A stretch of 64,000 nt of DNA from Azolla caroliniana (Eukaryota; Plantae; Polypodiophyta): contig JBHGNT010000007.1 of NCBI GenBank assembly GCA_043228905.1, forward strand, positions 9,424,001-9,488,000, written 5' to 3'. A program made the position numbers and the translations under genes. Shown one piece after another: positions 45,840 through 58,396 of this stretch. Each line of letters starts with the position of its first letter. Positions within the stretch are counted from its first letter, which is position 1. The notes beneath the pieces were generated by a model. The model saw nothing but the letters and a program-made list of their open reading frames with translations, ran no database searches and was not told the DNA's origin.

Positions 45840-48610
45840 TTCCCTCATAATTACACTACAACCCCACTTTGCATGCCCTTGTCTTTTCTTTTCGAGTTTC
45901 CCCACTTGGTCGTCCAAGGCGGCCAACACATGGCACACTTGTGGGAGAGTGCTTGCACGCTCGTACCCATAGAAGACCTTTATTCGTCGTCAAAAATATC
46001 CAAGATGCTCGGCTTTGGACAGTTAGTCTCGACAAGAACTATGGGGGATGGTGTGGGTTGTGTCATAGGCATGGAATTGAGGGGTCTGGTAGGCTCTGTT
46101 GTCTCAGGTGTGAGGAGGTCGGTGGATTCTATCGGCTCCAATGCCGCTTGTTGCGGTCCTTCTTTTGCTTGTACGGTGAGTGGCGCTTGGTCCTCTTGCA
46201 AGTCCTTGGCCCCATGCGTCTCCTCTTGTGTCGGCTCCTCATGTTGCGAGTCTCGCATAGGCTCTTCCGTCGTAACCTTTGTGGCGTCGAGGGGATCCAG
46301 TTGTGTAGCCCCTGTAGGATTCAGCGTCGTGCTGACCTCCGGGATTTCTTCTTCCGGTTGTTGAGGTTCATCGATGGTGTGCTCTCCGGAGTCACTATCG
46401 AGAAGGATGATGGTAGCCACCCGTTTTTCTTCTTCTTCTTCCCTCCTCTGCTCGTTTACGATTGCTTGGAGCTAGAGGGAGGTGTCAAGTTGGCTATCTC
46501 TGAACTCCTTGAGAAATTGAGCGATCTCCTCGGAGTGTCGGTCGGCGGCTTGATAGTTTGCATAAGGTCCTCGCGAACCGTGGCAATGCTTTCCTCATTC
46601 AGCTTGTAAAAGCCCTTACCGTCTTTCTGCCAATCGGCCCGGTACGTGTGGAGCTCGGCGGCCTGCTTTGCCCATTCGGCCCATCCTCTGTTCAGTGCCA
46701 CTTGAAGTTGTTCCGAGAACCTATTGCGCTTTGTTTCTAGGAGCATTTTTATGCATTTGGTCTTCATTTCCGTGCATGTCTGCATCTCTTCGAGAGCCGA
46801 CTTTAGGTTCGAAATTTTGTTTGCGTTGGAGGCCACGTTTTCTTTGTAGCGCGCCTTTATCTCTTGCCATAGTTTTGATTCTTTATCGTGCAATGCTTCG
46901 AGTCGACCTATTTCAGTATTCAAGTGTACTTCGACAGCTTGCGTGTTTTGTTGTTCGTTCTTGATTTAAATTGTTCCTCGTACCATTGATGTTTGTTCTA
47001 CACGGCCTCCTGTAGTGCCGCGATGATCCCTTCTGATCGTGCGACCTCTTCCTGTTGCTTCTTGAGCTCGACAATCATCTTTGTGTGAGCCATGATCTCG
47101 GCATCCAACTTTTCCTGGATCGTCTTTACTGCTTTTTGACCTTTCACCCGGATATCCGCCTCTCGATCTGACGATTGTCGGAGTTTGACCAAAGTCGCTC
47201 TATCTCCATCTCAACAATTTCTGTTGCTCCTTTTGCAATCGTGATCGCCATCTGGGCTTTGACTTCCTCGTGGAGGTTTTGTAGCTCGGGTGTGAGGGAG
47301 TCAATGATAGTGGTTGATTTGGGCCATTCTTGCAAGCAACATTCGAGTTCCGCAATCTTCTTTTGAGCCGCTTCTGACTGCTGCATCACAATTTTTTCGG
47401 CCTTCCGCGCTGCCTTGTTTTTGTAAGCCATGTCCTTTGCACCGATGCGGTTCATGGCGAGCTCCCTGTGTACCTCGACTAAGGCGGTGTTCAATGGGGG
47501 AAGCTTGATTCCCATGCGGCGTTCGATCATTTTCCTCATTCGGCCGATTTTGGCCAAGGGCCATTCATCCTCGCTTTCGGCCATTCTGGCCAGAGCACGT
47601 TCGATCATCTGCCACTTCGCATGTTCCTGTCCCATACGTTGGGAAACCTTGATTTGTTGGGTGGCCAAGAACTCCATTAGCTCAAAGGAGGTGCCGAAGT
47701 GTAACAGAGCCGCGAATTCCTGGGCTACATCTGGAATGTCCGGGTAAGCTAGAATGACGTTATTTGATGTGAGAGAGCCTTTTCCGCACTCCGTATTTTT
47801 CGTCAAGATCGGTTGGTCGTGCGGTAGTGCTTCAAAACTCTGCGTGGAGTCCGCTCCGAATGTTACTGTGGGTGCTAGTTGTGGGGCCATTCCTTTGACC
47901 AATCCTTGACCATCATTTTGATCCAACCGTCGTCGCTTAGCCCTAGGGCTGCTTGCTTCTTGCGTGGCGGTCTCGTGTGACGGAGCGGAAGTGGGTCGTC
48001 GTGTGTCCTATGAGGCGATGGGTTCCGATGCTCGAGCCTACGCTTCTGCGGATGCGGAGTGGGTGTAGAGCGGGCTGAACCCGGAGCGGGCAGAGCCTTT
48101 GGTGGAAACAATATCGTGAAATACTGTTGGATGATTGGGCAGAGCTTCTTTCCTGTCTAAAAGGCGTGGAGTCCTTCGCGCAAGGATGGCCCTGTAATCA
48201 CGCCCCAATGCACAGCTTGCCCTTCGAAGATTGCGATGATGATGATGGCCTTCTGCTTCGGCATCCCATACTCGTTCGGGTGTACGCAACCCACCTCTAA
48301 CAGGAACTTCGCGATTTCGCCGAAGAAAGGATCAGGCGTGTCCGTGTCCTGTAGGCTTTGGCAGAAATAGAGTACTACCAAAATAGCGTTTGAGAACCTC
48401 TGAGGGAGGGATTTCGACATGTCGTTCACCAATTGTTGTTAAGCCCAGTTTCGTCCTGATACTAGCGTTGGTGATGGTATCCATGTTTATTTTCCTCGCC
48501 ATGTCATGGGAGTTGGGGTGGGGTGGTGCCTCCACCACTCGGATGTAACCTACTAGGCCATGGTCCTGTAGCCATCGCCGGAGAGCGGGGGAGATTTCGA
48601 TCAGCATAAC
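45840..48610 (-). pseudogene. Fragmented accessory ORF (coiled-coil, acidic Pro/Thr-rich), probably an antisense ORF of a large LTR retrotransposon
   Basis: Chain of minus-strand ORFs 48607 to 45980 with heptad/charged segments and no introns or recognised catalytic motif, upstream of a PPT and LTR at 50632. Confidence 0.45.
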
Positions 48611-49487
48611 GCTCTTATCGTTGAGCGATGCAACGTGTTTGCCTGAGTGCCTAAGAGGAGTGAGGGGAGCGGTTTGAGGAAAAGGCGTGAGAGTCAGATA
48701 GTTTGTGAGAACGAGGAGAGCTTAGGGAGTGAGGGGAGCTTAGAAGGCGCGAGGTTTTTTTGTTAAGTGCAGCGAAATGGCTCGAGTCCCCTTTTTGTGA
48801 GGTGGAGAAGGTAGGGTTCAAGATTCATCGAGCCATGGTGTGGACGTGTGCACTTGCTATCTTGGGAGACGTGTCTGCATGCAAGATCGTTAATATGTTT
48901 TGAATGCCCCTTCTTTTTTTCCATTCCTAATGGTCATGGCTATCACTATGGTACATAATTACAAGTCGCGTTGCATTTATTGTGGTATGCATACACTCCC
49001 CGAAATTGATGTGGCGGGAAGTGGGCTGTTGTTTGCCTCCACTAATTTCGTTTTGGTTCGGAAAGGATCGGTGGTGTGGGACCCCAATACGGCTTGAGTC
49101 GGAAGTTGTTGACTTTTTGCCGTAAAACTTCTTTAGCGAGAAGGCCATTTTCGACAACGATTATGAGCTGGTAAACCGCATATCCTTTTGTCCAGATCGG
49201 GGAGTGTAACCTTGTTGCAGAAGAAAATGAATGCTGCAAATCTATTCTACCGACTGCCTTCTTCTCTCCGATGATGATGGTGGCAATGTTCATCATGCAT
49301 CTTCAGCAGAGGTTTTCACTCAGGCTCTATGGGACCTATGGAATACAATTTCTTCACGGTGACCATTTCTGGACGGAAACCGAAAGGGATGTGCAACAGA
49401 AAGGGAGTGGTTAGGTCCACAGGGTAAATGCAGGAGGATGATGGGAGGGAAACCACAGGCACACAAAGAAACAAATGTGTACCGTAT

Positions 49488-49530
<43 letters not shown>

Positions 49531-49564
49531 CTTAAGGGGATACAGTTGGTCTCACACAAGAGGG

Positions 49565-49945
49565 TCTATGCACAAATCACCCTCTCTAACATAGAGATAG
49601 GCACACACGTAGAGAGGGAGAGGGAGGGAGAGGGAGGGAGACTTCCTCTCAAGGGAGGTCGGTCATTCAGGCGTGCCAATGTTACCTGTAGGAGTGTACG
49701 GGGCGGTATAACGGTAAAACACATTAAAGGGGTTGTCGTATTTCTGTAATGTATAGGAGTGTGAGTGCACAAATCACCCTCTCTAACACAGAGATAGGCA
49801 CACACGTAGAGAGGGAGAAGGAGGGAGAGGGAGGGAGAGGGAAAGAGACTTCCTCTCAAGGGAGGTCGGTCAGTGTATGGGGCGGTATAACGGTAAAACA
49901 CGTTAAAGGGGTTGTCGTATTTGTGTAATGTATAGGAGTGTGAGT
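49565..49945. repeat. Direct duplication of ~170-200 bp
   Basis: GCACAAATCACCCTCTCTAACA...GGGGCGGTATAACGGTAAAACAC occurs twice. Confidence 0.75.
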
Positions 49946-50631
49946 GAGGATAAATGTGTGAACACATGCACAATTATGTGCATGTGACAAGAATGTAATG
50001 GTTTTCTTTTCGTAACAACCATATTATTAACTGTTACATTATGTATTATATAAACCCCTTATGGGGCATGTAATGCAATATAGTATTTTTCCTCCAAATT
50101 GTGTCATTATTTCTTTGTTTGTATCTCTTTCTCTCTCTCCCTCACACGTAACCCCCTTGGGAGGGGCTGGAGCCATTCTAGGCTTTACCCCCCACCCATT
50201 AACAATGATAATGACACGTCTCTGGAAATAATGATTGTGACAATGGAGTCTCTAGAAGCAACGACGACTATGACGACGATGTCTCTAAAACGAAGGATGT
50301 TGGTCACAATAACTCTGGAAGCCAGGACGGTGACGATGGTAACTCTAGAAGCAAGTGTGATGACGAAGACGGGTGATGCTTCCAATCGCCCGATCAATTT
50401 CAGTCGTTTCGGCAGCAAATGGGCATAGTTATGCTTTCGGCCTAGTCAATTCAGGCACATCAATGATATTCGGCCCGGTTGATTCGGGCACAAAGATGAT
50501 TTCGGCTTGGGGGAGCAAACGGGAGTGTAGATTTCGGTCGATAGTAGCATAAATTTTCATCTCTTCGTTGTATCTGTATTTATTCTTTATTCTTTTACAG
50601 ATTCTTTTGTAATACGCCCATTACGGGGGAG

Positions 50632-50968
50632 TGTCGAATACGGTAATATAATGGACGTATTCACATTACCCCATTGGACAAACTAGACTATGTTATTTGT
50701 GTAAATAGCATAAAGGGTAGTTGTTGCCTTAGTTTGATTAGTATATAACCAAACCTATAACTCGTTTGTAAAGATGATGTTGTATCTACCATTTTGAATA
50801 ATACAGTGTATTGTTGGTGCCTCTCAGTTTCCGTCTCTCTCCCTCATTTATTGCATCATGTTGTTAGTTTCTTGCAGATTGTCTTTGTTACTTATGTTTT
50901 CTCTTCCACGCCCATCAACTTGTTGTTCTTCAACATAAAGTGTTTTGTCTTAGACCCTTTCATTGACA
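50632..50968 (+). repeat. Putative 3' LTR
   Basis: GGGGGAG PPT directly before TGTCG; TATATAA inside; ends TTGACA. Confidence 0.5.
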
Positions 50969-52437
50969 ACCACATCTCCAAAAGGTTTGTGTGGTAGGTG
51001 ACATGGCAGGGTAATGTGGCATGTGATGTCGGAAGGGAGAAACAATAGGATTTCCTTGAAGCACAAGGAAAGCTTCAAGCTTTAATTTCTGAAAAAGGGA
51101 CTTCTTGCTTGGTTTGAGGAAAAATCTAAAGTCTTCTTAGTTCAAGGAGAAGGTCCTTTCCTTGGTTTGAGAAAAAACAAATGTTGATTCCTTGATTCAA
51201 GGAATGGAAACCTCAAATTAGGGAATTATTTCTCCCAAATAAATTGAAGTAGCTAATTTCATCGAACATCGGGATCGATTGGTGTAGTAGGTTCAACCCT
51301 TGTTGTCCAAACATTTGCTTCCTTGTTTAACTTTCTACTTGAAGCTTGGATTCAATTTGCTCGATTTCGCATATATTCTAGCACACATTTGGATTTTCGA
51401 TCCGAAAAATATATGGTGATCCTTGTTCAATTATTATTTACATAAGATAGTAGGATTACAGAGTATTGTTTTGTAGGGCTTATGATATTGAACAGATACA
51501 AATGAAAGGAAGTCTCAACTCCATTACATGGAGTAGCTAAAATGATAATAGGTAAGCTAGAAGTATTATAGGAATAGGAAGAAAGCTTCTAGAGTATATC
51601 CATGAGTTTCATTTTAGCATACCCACAAGCGATGACTTCATGACCTTTTGTTGTTTGTTTTGAATGCCAACACCATGTTGATTCACAATACTTAGCCTAA
51701 GTAAAATTTTGACAATGCTTCTACTTAGTACAGAATTGAGATCCTTGGCCATGAGCTCTATTGTCCCACCTATAACATCTTCTTCTTAGGGCACATGGTG
51801 TGAACAAAATGTTGATCATCCATTGCCTTCATTCGACCATATTGTCTTTGTGAGTTTCAAACCCTTAACCTTTTCATTCCAAGAGTAACCTCTCTGCAGA
51901 TCATGGTATATCCTTTTGCTGCCATGAGCCTCATCTTGTCACATATCGTCCCGGTCATACCTTCGTTCTAACCATCAACATTTTATTAGCCTACAGTTCT
52001 CGATACTTTTCTTCCTATGAGCACACCACATCATAACAACGGGGGAAGTGTGGTTCATGGATGGCTTGAGACCCAAACTTAGAGAATGAAGGTGTCTAAC
52101 ACCACACTCTAACTATGGTTCGATTGGGTTGTGCAGAATTTACAAGTAGGCGAGTAAACCTTGGGTGCTTGCACCAACCACGTCATTGTGTCAAATTAAA
52201 TCAATAAAAAACACATTAATTAAACCATTAAGAGAAAAAAAGCTAAACCTATAAACCGATAAACTCGAGTTTTAGAACCAAACCGAACTGAAACTAAACC
52301 ATTTAGTGAAAGTCCAAACCGAACCAAACCCTTAAATGTTTTTTTGGGAACCAATAAATCGTTAAACCATGACTAGACGGTTCAGTTCAGTTTGAGACCA
52401 TTCATTCATTCAGAGTCTGTGCTATGTCTTGACAAAG

Positions 52438-52488
<51 letters not shown>

Positions 52489-53586
52489 CTTCTTCTTCTC
52501 CTTCTTCTTCTAATGCGTCTTAATTGTTTTTTTCTTTTTCTTTTCACAAATAACGATGCAATGCCATGGCAAAGGGAAGAGTTTTGCCTTCCATGGCAGA
52601 ACGGAGGTTTTATGGAAAGAGTTCTTCAGGGATGATTCACTATGGCATGACAACCGCAGCTTGAAGGTGAGAGGAGCAGGTATATCCGTGTCTCTGTTAA
52701 AGAGAGAAATTTATGTTAACTTCTACTAGAAGCTGAAATCGGCATATATGAGACAACTCACGATCGCAAATATGGGTGAAGTCATAAAATAGAGATTGGT
52801 TAGGAGTTTTGAATGTTTATAGTATAGCATATTGGATTTTTAGGATTTTGAATTGTCTGTACAGAATGCAACAAATTCAGGGGTTTGAAGGTTTATTCTG
52901 GAATAGCAGAATATTTAATCGTTATAAATCAAACCCCCTTTCATATATAGCTTTATTAGAATCTTTTAAAGCAGAATATCAAAAGATATAGCAGCAAATC
53001 TAGAGGCTTGCTCATATATGTTAAATAGCAACAAAATTAGGATTTGTTTTTTTCCTTACAGAATACCAACAAATTTAGGATCTTTAATGTTTATAGGCAG
53101 GATAGTAACAACTTTAAGGTCTTGAAGGTTTATACAGAATAGCATATGGGCTCTGACATGGAAAATCACAAATTTATGGTTTTGATCATAAGAAGCAGCA
53201 CATTATGGATTGATCAGAATTTTTGTGTATGACATGCAGAAAGATATGACAGATTTATTGACCTTTACTAGAGTCCAATATCATCCTACGAGAGAAATCA
53301 TGATTACAAATATGGGTGAATTCATATTATTCATTCTAAAACAAAAACAAAAGCGTTAGATTTCATAAAGCTACACGATCATTTTCTTTATGCGTGTTGT
53401 GAAATGAATTTTGAGATGGTTTACGATCATGAAATGTACAAATAATACGTATGAGAACAGTGGTTAAGGGACTCTATATCAAAGGTTTATTGTTGCAGTG
53501 AAATGACACTATTTTGGGTGTCATTGTGCCAATCGGGCATGACAAGCAATGATCTCCATGATATGGTGATTGGCCAATGTGCCTTA

Positions 53587-54239
53587 TGTTATGTTATGTG
53601 TCCCTCCTTATGGGAGAAGGGCCAGCTAAGGGCCGTAATTTGGGAGAAGGGCCGAATGCCAACTATGGCCTGGCAAAGTAGCCAGAAGCCGGCTGAGTAC
53701 CGAATCGGCTAAGTGCCGAAAGCCGGCTGAGAGCCGGCTGAGAGCCGGCTTACGGCCAAGGCCTAAAATGTAAATAATATATATGGACTATGGAAAGAAC
53801 TGTGAACGTGAGCACAGAATGAGAGAAAACAGAGAACGCAAGTGCTGTAAAAATACAGGAGAGAGCACGAAAACGACTTTGAATCTTGCAAACTTGCAAA
53901 CATGTCAGACAGAGCAGGCTTTCCTGTCCAACAGCATCAGGTGTTTTTCTTCTGTTTGTTTACTTACTGTTTTCTGTCTACTGTGAGAGACGAAGAATAT
54001 TATCAAGGTTGTGGCCTTAAGTCTTGGTGTTCCCTTAGTAATCTAGGGAGATAGTGAACTATCTGTATACACTTCCTACAAAGTGAAATTCTTGGAGTCA
54101 GAGGGCTCCCGTGGGTTTTCCCGATTAGGGTTTTCCAGGTAAAATTGTGTGTCTACTGTTTACATTTCTGTTTTGTGTTCTGTGTCGGCTGAGCCTTATT
54201 CCTGAGTGGCTGGCTGATTCCGAACCCCTAAATATAACA
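53587..54239 (+). repeat. Solo LTR, TSD CCTTA
   Basis: TGTTA...TAACA flanked by CCTTA (53582-53586, 54240-54244); carries the GGCTCCCGTGG..TAGGGTTTTCC block of the other Copia-type LTRs. Confidence 0.75.
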
Positions 54240-54277
54240 CCTTATGTCCCGGTACTTGCGGTTTGGATGGAGGAGAA

Positions 54278-55085
54278 GATAGATAGATAGATAGATTCAA
54301 TTCTCTTTTTCGGAGATCAAATATGAACCATGAGGCCAAGAATTCAATATTTTCATGCAATACATGCAAAAGTGAGTAGTGAATCTCGATGTTCAAGAAC
54401 TTTACTAATGAATGTCGCAATGGAAAGTGCACACTCTGACTGTGAGAAAAATTCACGCAAGGATTGGGTTTGCTTGAAGATGTGTGGAAAGCATAGTCGA
54501 ATGTGATCAAAGGTAGAGCATCATATCAAAGTGTGATACTTAGACTCCCAAACTGTTTTAGGGCAAAGTGTGCATGGTCACTACTCTCATCATTCGTGCC
54601 CCAATGCCCCGTCTCACATCGTAGTGAGTGTGAGCTAAGTCTCATGGAACCAATGGTTCAGATGGCAAATCATGTGATGGGCTCTAACAAGTATGGATGT
54701 GTGTGGCTTCCCCATCTAGAGAAGAATATGGTTTTGTATTTAGGTGCAACATATATAGTATAACGTATGAAGCATGTCATAATACATTGACGTTGCAAAA
54801 AGGCCTCATTTACAGAGGAATCTAATGTTGCGTTATGAGGCAAGTGTGTTGCATCCCGTCTTCCAAACCAATTTTATATAGCTTGCATCTAACCAAAATA
54901 CAAAATCTTGCTTTTATTTGTCTTTTTAATATTTTTGTTTGCTTTCCATGCGGTTCTAGGAAGTTGATGTGAGGGCCTTTTTTGAACCTTAAGTATGTAT
55001 TCGACAACCCTTTCCATGGCCACAATCTCAATGGGAAATGATCTCGTTTCAAGAAGTAGGAATGTGTATACCATTTGTTTATTGA
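54278..55085 (-). mobile_element. LINE ORF2 3' fragment ending at an (AGAT)n tract
   Basis: Similar to 25570-25945 (LSSHSLRCETGHWG); degraded. Confidence 0.7.
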
Positions 55086-55089
55086 CTTA

Positions 55090-57600
55090 GAAGGAAAGAT
55101 ATATTAACGTCTTTTAAGAGGCCAAAATGGCCTATAAGACCAAATAAGAGATTACATCTTGAGTGTTTTCTCGTCTTTGAGAACAAATCAAAATAAAATA
55201 AATATTACACAGTAAATATAAAAGTAAATAAGATGAAAAGAGAAGAAACGAGGGAATATGGTTTTTGGCACATGTGAGATTCTCAAGTTAGGTATATTAT
55301 AGCTTTTGTCTTCGAGAGATCTCTAGCATAGGTCGATCCAGAATGGAAATGTCTCCGAAGCGAGGGAAGCACCTACAATGGCGGGAGATAATGGCTTTTA
55401 TATGACGATGACAGGGGTGTCGAGGTCGTGGTCGATGGGGCCTACGTGCACGGCAAATTGCTATTGCCTAATATATTGTAACTAACCCCTTTGTTATGTC
55501 CTGGTCTGGGGCCCATTTGTGTATCCCTTGATGAACTTGTAGCATTAGTAGGAGTGATGGGGCTAAAGAAAGTTGTGATTGTTCTTTGTGGATGAGCTTG
55601 TGAGCTCTAGAAAGAAAAGTCCTAGGCATCGTTGGTCCTCATATTCCATTATCTTGCGTAGTGGGCCAAAGCCTTGTGTAAAGAGGCAATGGTATTTCCC
55701 TCTGATTTCATAAAAGACACTACATTGACAAACATAGTGTTCCTTAGGTTCCACTCCTTGATGACACAATTGGCAAATTCTCTCTTCTAGAGGTAGTCGT
55801 GTATATTTGCCTACCTCAATCTGTAGCTGATGTGATGAAGTTCGCAGCTGGCCTATCACACTACACAGTGCATAGGATAGATGTATGTCCATATAAGGTG
55901 GCTTGATAACGAATCCATCCTCCGATGTATGTAAGAAGTGTGTCTTATAGTGGGCCATCTTTGTACCAAGTGGTATTTTAGGGCTGATCCATGTTATCTT
56001 GTTTTCCAAGTTAATAATATCAGTTCGGATCACTTTGTTCTTTTCCACTTTGGTCATATTTAGATGGGGACAGTCCAAGCTATATTGGAACGGGGGTAGT
56101 GCATTTATACTCATGCCACGTGACTCGAACCATTGCTGCATTTCAGAATACCAACAATGAGTGTCTCCATTTTCAGCCAGTTGTCTGGATGACATAAGTG
56201 CCAACCTTGGGTACCTTCGTTTAGGGAGCTCCCAAAGACGTTGGATAAATGTCACTGATCGGAACAATGCCTCGGTTATTATAGGTGCTGCTCCCATCTC
56301 TGCCCGGATTATATCATGGGGCACCGATGCTTTGCTCCTTATCATGCGAGCAATCATTGACACTAAAGGTCTCTCTAAATCTTTCCAATGATTTGCCTTG
56401 TTAAGACTCAGTCCCCATGTTTCTACTCCATAGAGAAGAGTTGGTGTGACAAGTGTATCAAATAACCATAACTTAGTCCGTGGCTCTTGGAACTGCAAAT
56501 GTGCACATTGGCTCTCGAGAGCACGAAGGGCTGCATATCCACGAGAAAGTCGGGCACAAGCAGCCTCCTGTAAGGAGAACCTAGGTCTTGTAAATATTAC
56601 TCCTAGGTATGTGTAGGAGCGTGTGTATTCCACCTTTTCCTCTCCCAAAAAGGATTCTAGTTTTGATCTTGTTACCCATGCTTGAGTGGTGTTAAACACC
56701 ATTACTTTAGTTTTGTCCATGTTGATTGACAAACCTTTGTCCGTACAAAATAGTTTTAAGGCATTTAGATGTCTTTGTAGTCCCTCCGGAGAGTCAGAAA
56801 TCAGCACAATGTCATCAACATATAGTAATATTTGTATAGCTATACCTGCTAGGCGTGCTCCGGAATCCCCGAATCTCTCTATGTAATGTGATACCTCATC
56901 TCTATAGAGACCGAAGAGAGTGGGGGATAGTGGGCATCCTTGCTTCACTCCAATTGTGCTAGCCACCGCCTCTAGGAAGACCGGACTTTTCATGACCCGG
57001 ATTCATAGATTGCATAGATTCCCCATTGCATATATGTAGGAACACCAAGGGCTTCTAGCCACTGCATAAGCCGCGCACGTGGCATAGTGTCAAAGGCTTT
57101 TCGGAAATCCACAAAGCAGCAATAAATCCTCTTATTGTGGGCTCTGCCCTCCTCAGTAAGGGCCCAGAGGGTGAATATGTGATGCAAAGTTGTGAACCCC
57201 TTCCGAAAGCCTGCTTGTCCAACTGAACGGCAGTCATTCTGATGTGCCCATATGCTCAATTCTGATTCTAGAATCGACCCATATAGTTTAGCCAAGTAAT
57301 GGCCAATCATGATTGTCCTATAGTTGCTTGGGATCATGGGGTCTCCACTCTTGAGGATTGGCACAACGGTATGCTGAGTCCATCTAGTAGGGAAACCTTC
57401 ACACATGGCTCTATTAAAGATGTGTGCTAGCAATGGGACCAAGGTGTCACGGCCATAGATAAAGTGCTCACCCACCAATACATCATGATCTTGGGCCTTC
57501 CCAAATTGTAGCCGATCAATGGCATTTCTTACATTTTGTGGTGTAAAGAAGGTTGATTCATGTGGGCGTGAGGCATTCGGGTGGGGAAGAGGAGGTTGGA
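55090..57600 (-). mobile_element. 5'-truncated non-L1 LINE (RTE-X/L2-like) with RT and C-terminal Cys/His motif
   Basis: NYRTI, QAGFR, FVDFRKAFD, GVKQGCPLSPTLF, LLYVDD, YTYLG, LRTSSHQLQIEVG..ERICQLC..EHYVCQC; frameshift at ~56992. Clade is tentative. Confidence 0.88.
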
Positions 57601-57984
57601 CAATTAGAGAAATTTTGTAAGAAAATGCTTTTGGACATTTTTTAATTCTTTCCAAATGGACTTGGGATGCAACTGCCCCATACTTCACCCCATAGAGAAG
57701 CATTGTTGTCACCGAAGTGTCAAAATGATATTTCTTGAGGGCCCAACACTTAATTTCTCCATGATTGCATGTGTTCTCAAATGGATAATATGCTCTCTTT
57801 CCCACCACTAACTGACAGGTAGCACAAATTTACCACATATGCGGAGATAGATAGATGGATATTTTTAGCGTCCTTAGCAAGGCTAATAATGACCCATAGA
57901 ACCTAAGTACAAAAGTTATCTTGATGTGTGTCTCCTTCCTAAGAAACAATATCCATACTTTGAAGCACCAAGTCTCGATATGTG

Positions 57985-58034
<50 letters not shown>

Positions 58035-58039
<5 letters not shown>

Positions 58040-58162
58040 TATATTAACGTCTTTTAAGAGGCCAAAATGGCCTATAAGACCAAACAAGAGATTACATCTT
58101 AAGGGTTGTCTCATCTTTGAGAACAACAAATCAAAATAAAATGAATATTACTCAGTAAATAT

Positions 58163-58196
<34 letters not shown>

Positions 58197-58370
58197 TATT
58201 AACGTCTTTTAAGAGGCCAAAATGGCCTATTAGACCAAATAAGAGATTACATCTTAAGTGTTGTCTTGTCTTTGAGAACAAATCAAAGTAAAATAAATAT
58301 TACACAGTAAATATAAAAGTAAATAACATGAAAAGAAAATTAATGAGGGAATCTGGTTTTTGGCACATAT
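58035..58370 (-). mobile_element. Two short 3'-UTR fragments of the same LINE, each abutting (GA)n or (GAAA)n
   Basis: AGATATATTAACGTCTTTTAAGAGGCCAAAATGGCCTAT at ~58038 and ~58191 matches ~55097. Confidence 0.8.
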
Positions 58371-58396
58371 GAGAGAGAGAGAGAGGGTTTTGAATC

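Noticed and set aside
45780-46609. Plus-strand Cys/Ser-rich ORFs
   Set aside because: Shadow frames of the minus-strand accessory ORF.
52200-52400. MITE with AAACCG-type subterminal motifs
   Set aside because: Motifs are present but I could not define TIRs or a TSD.
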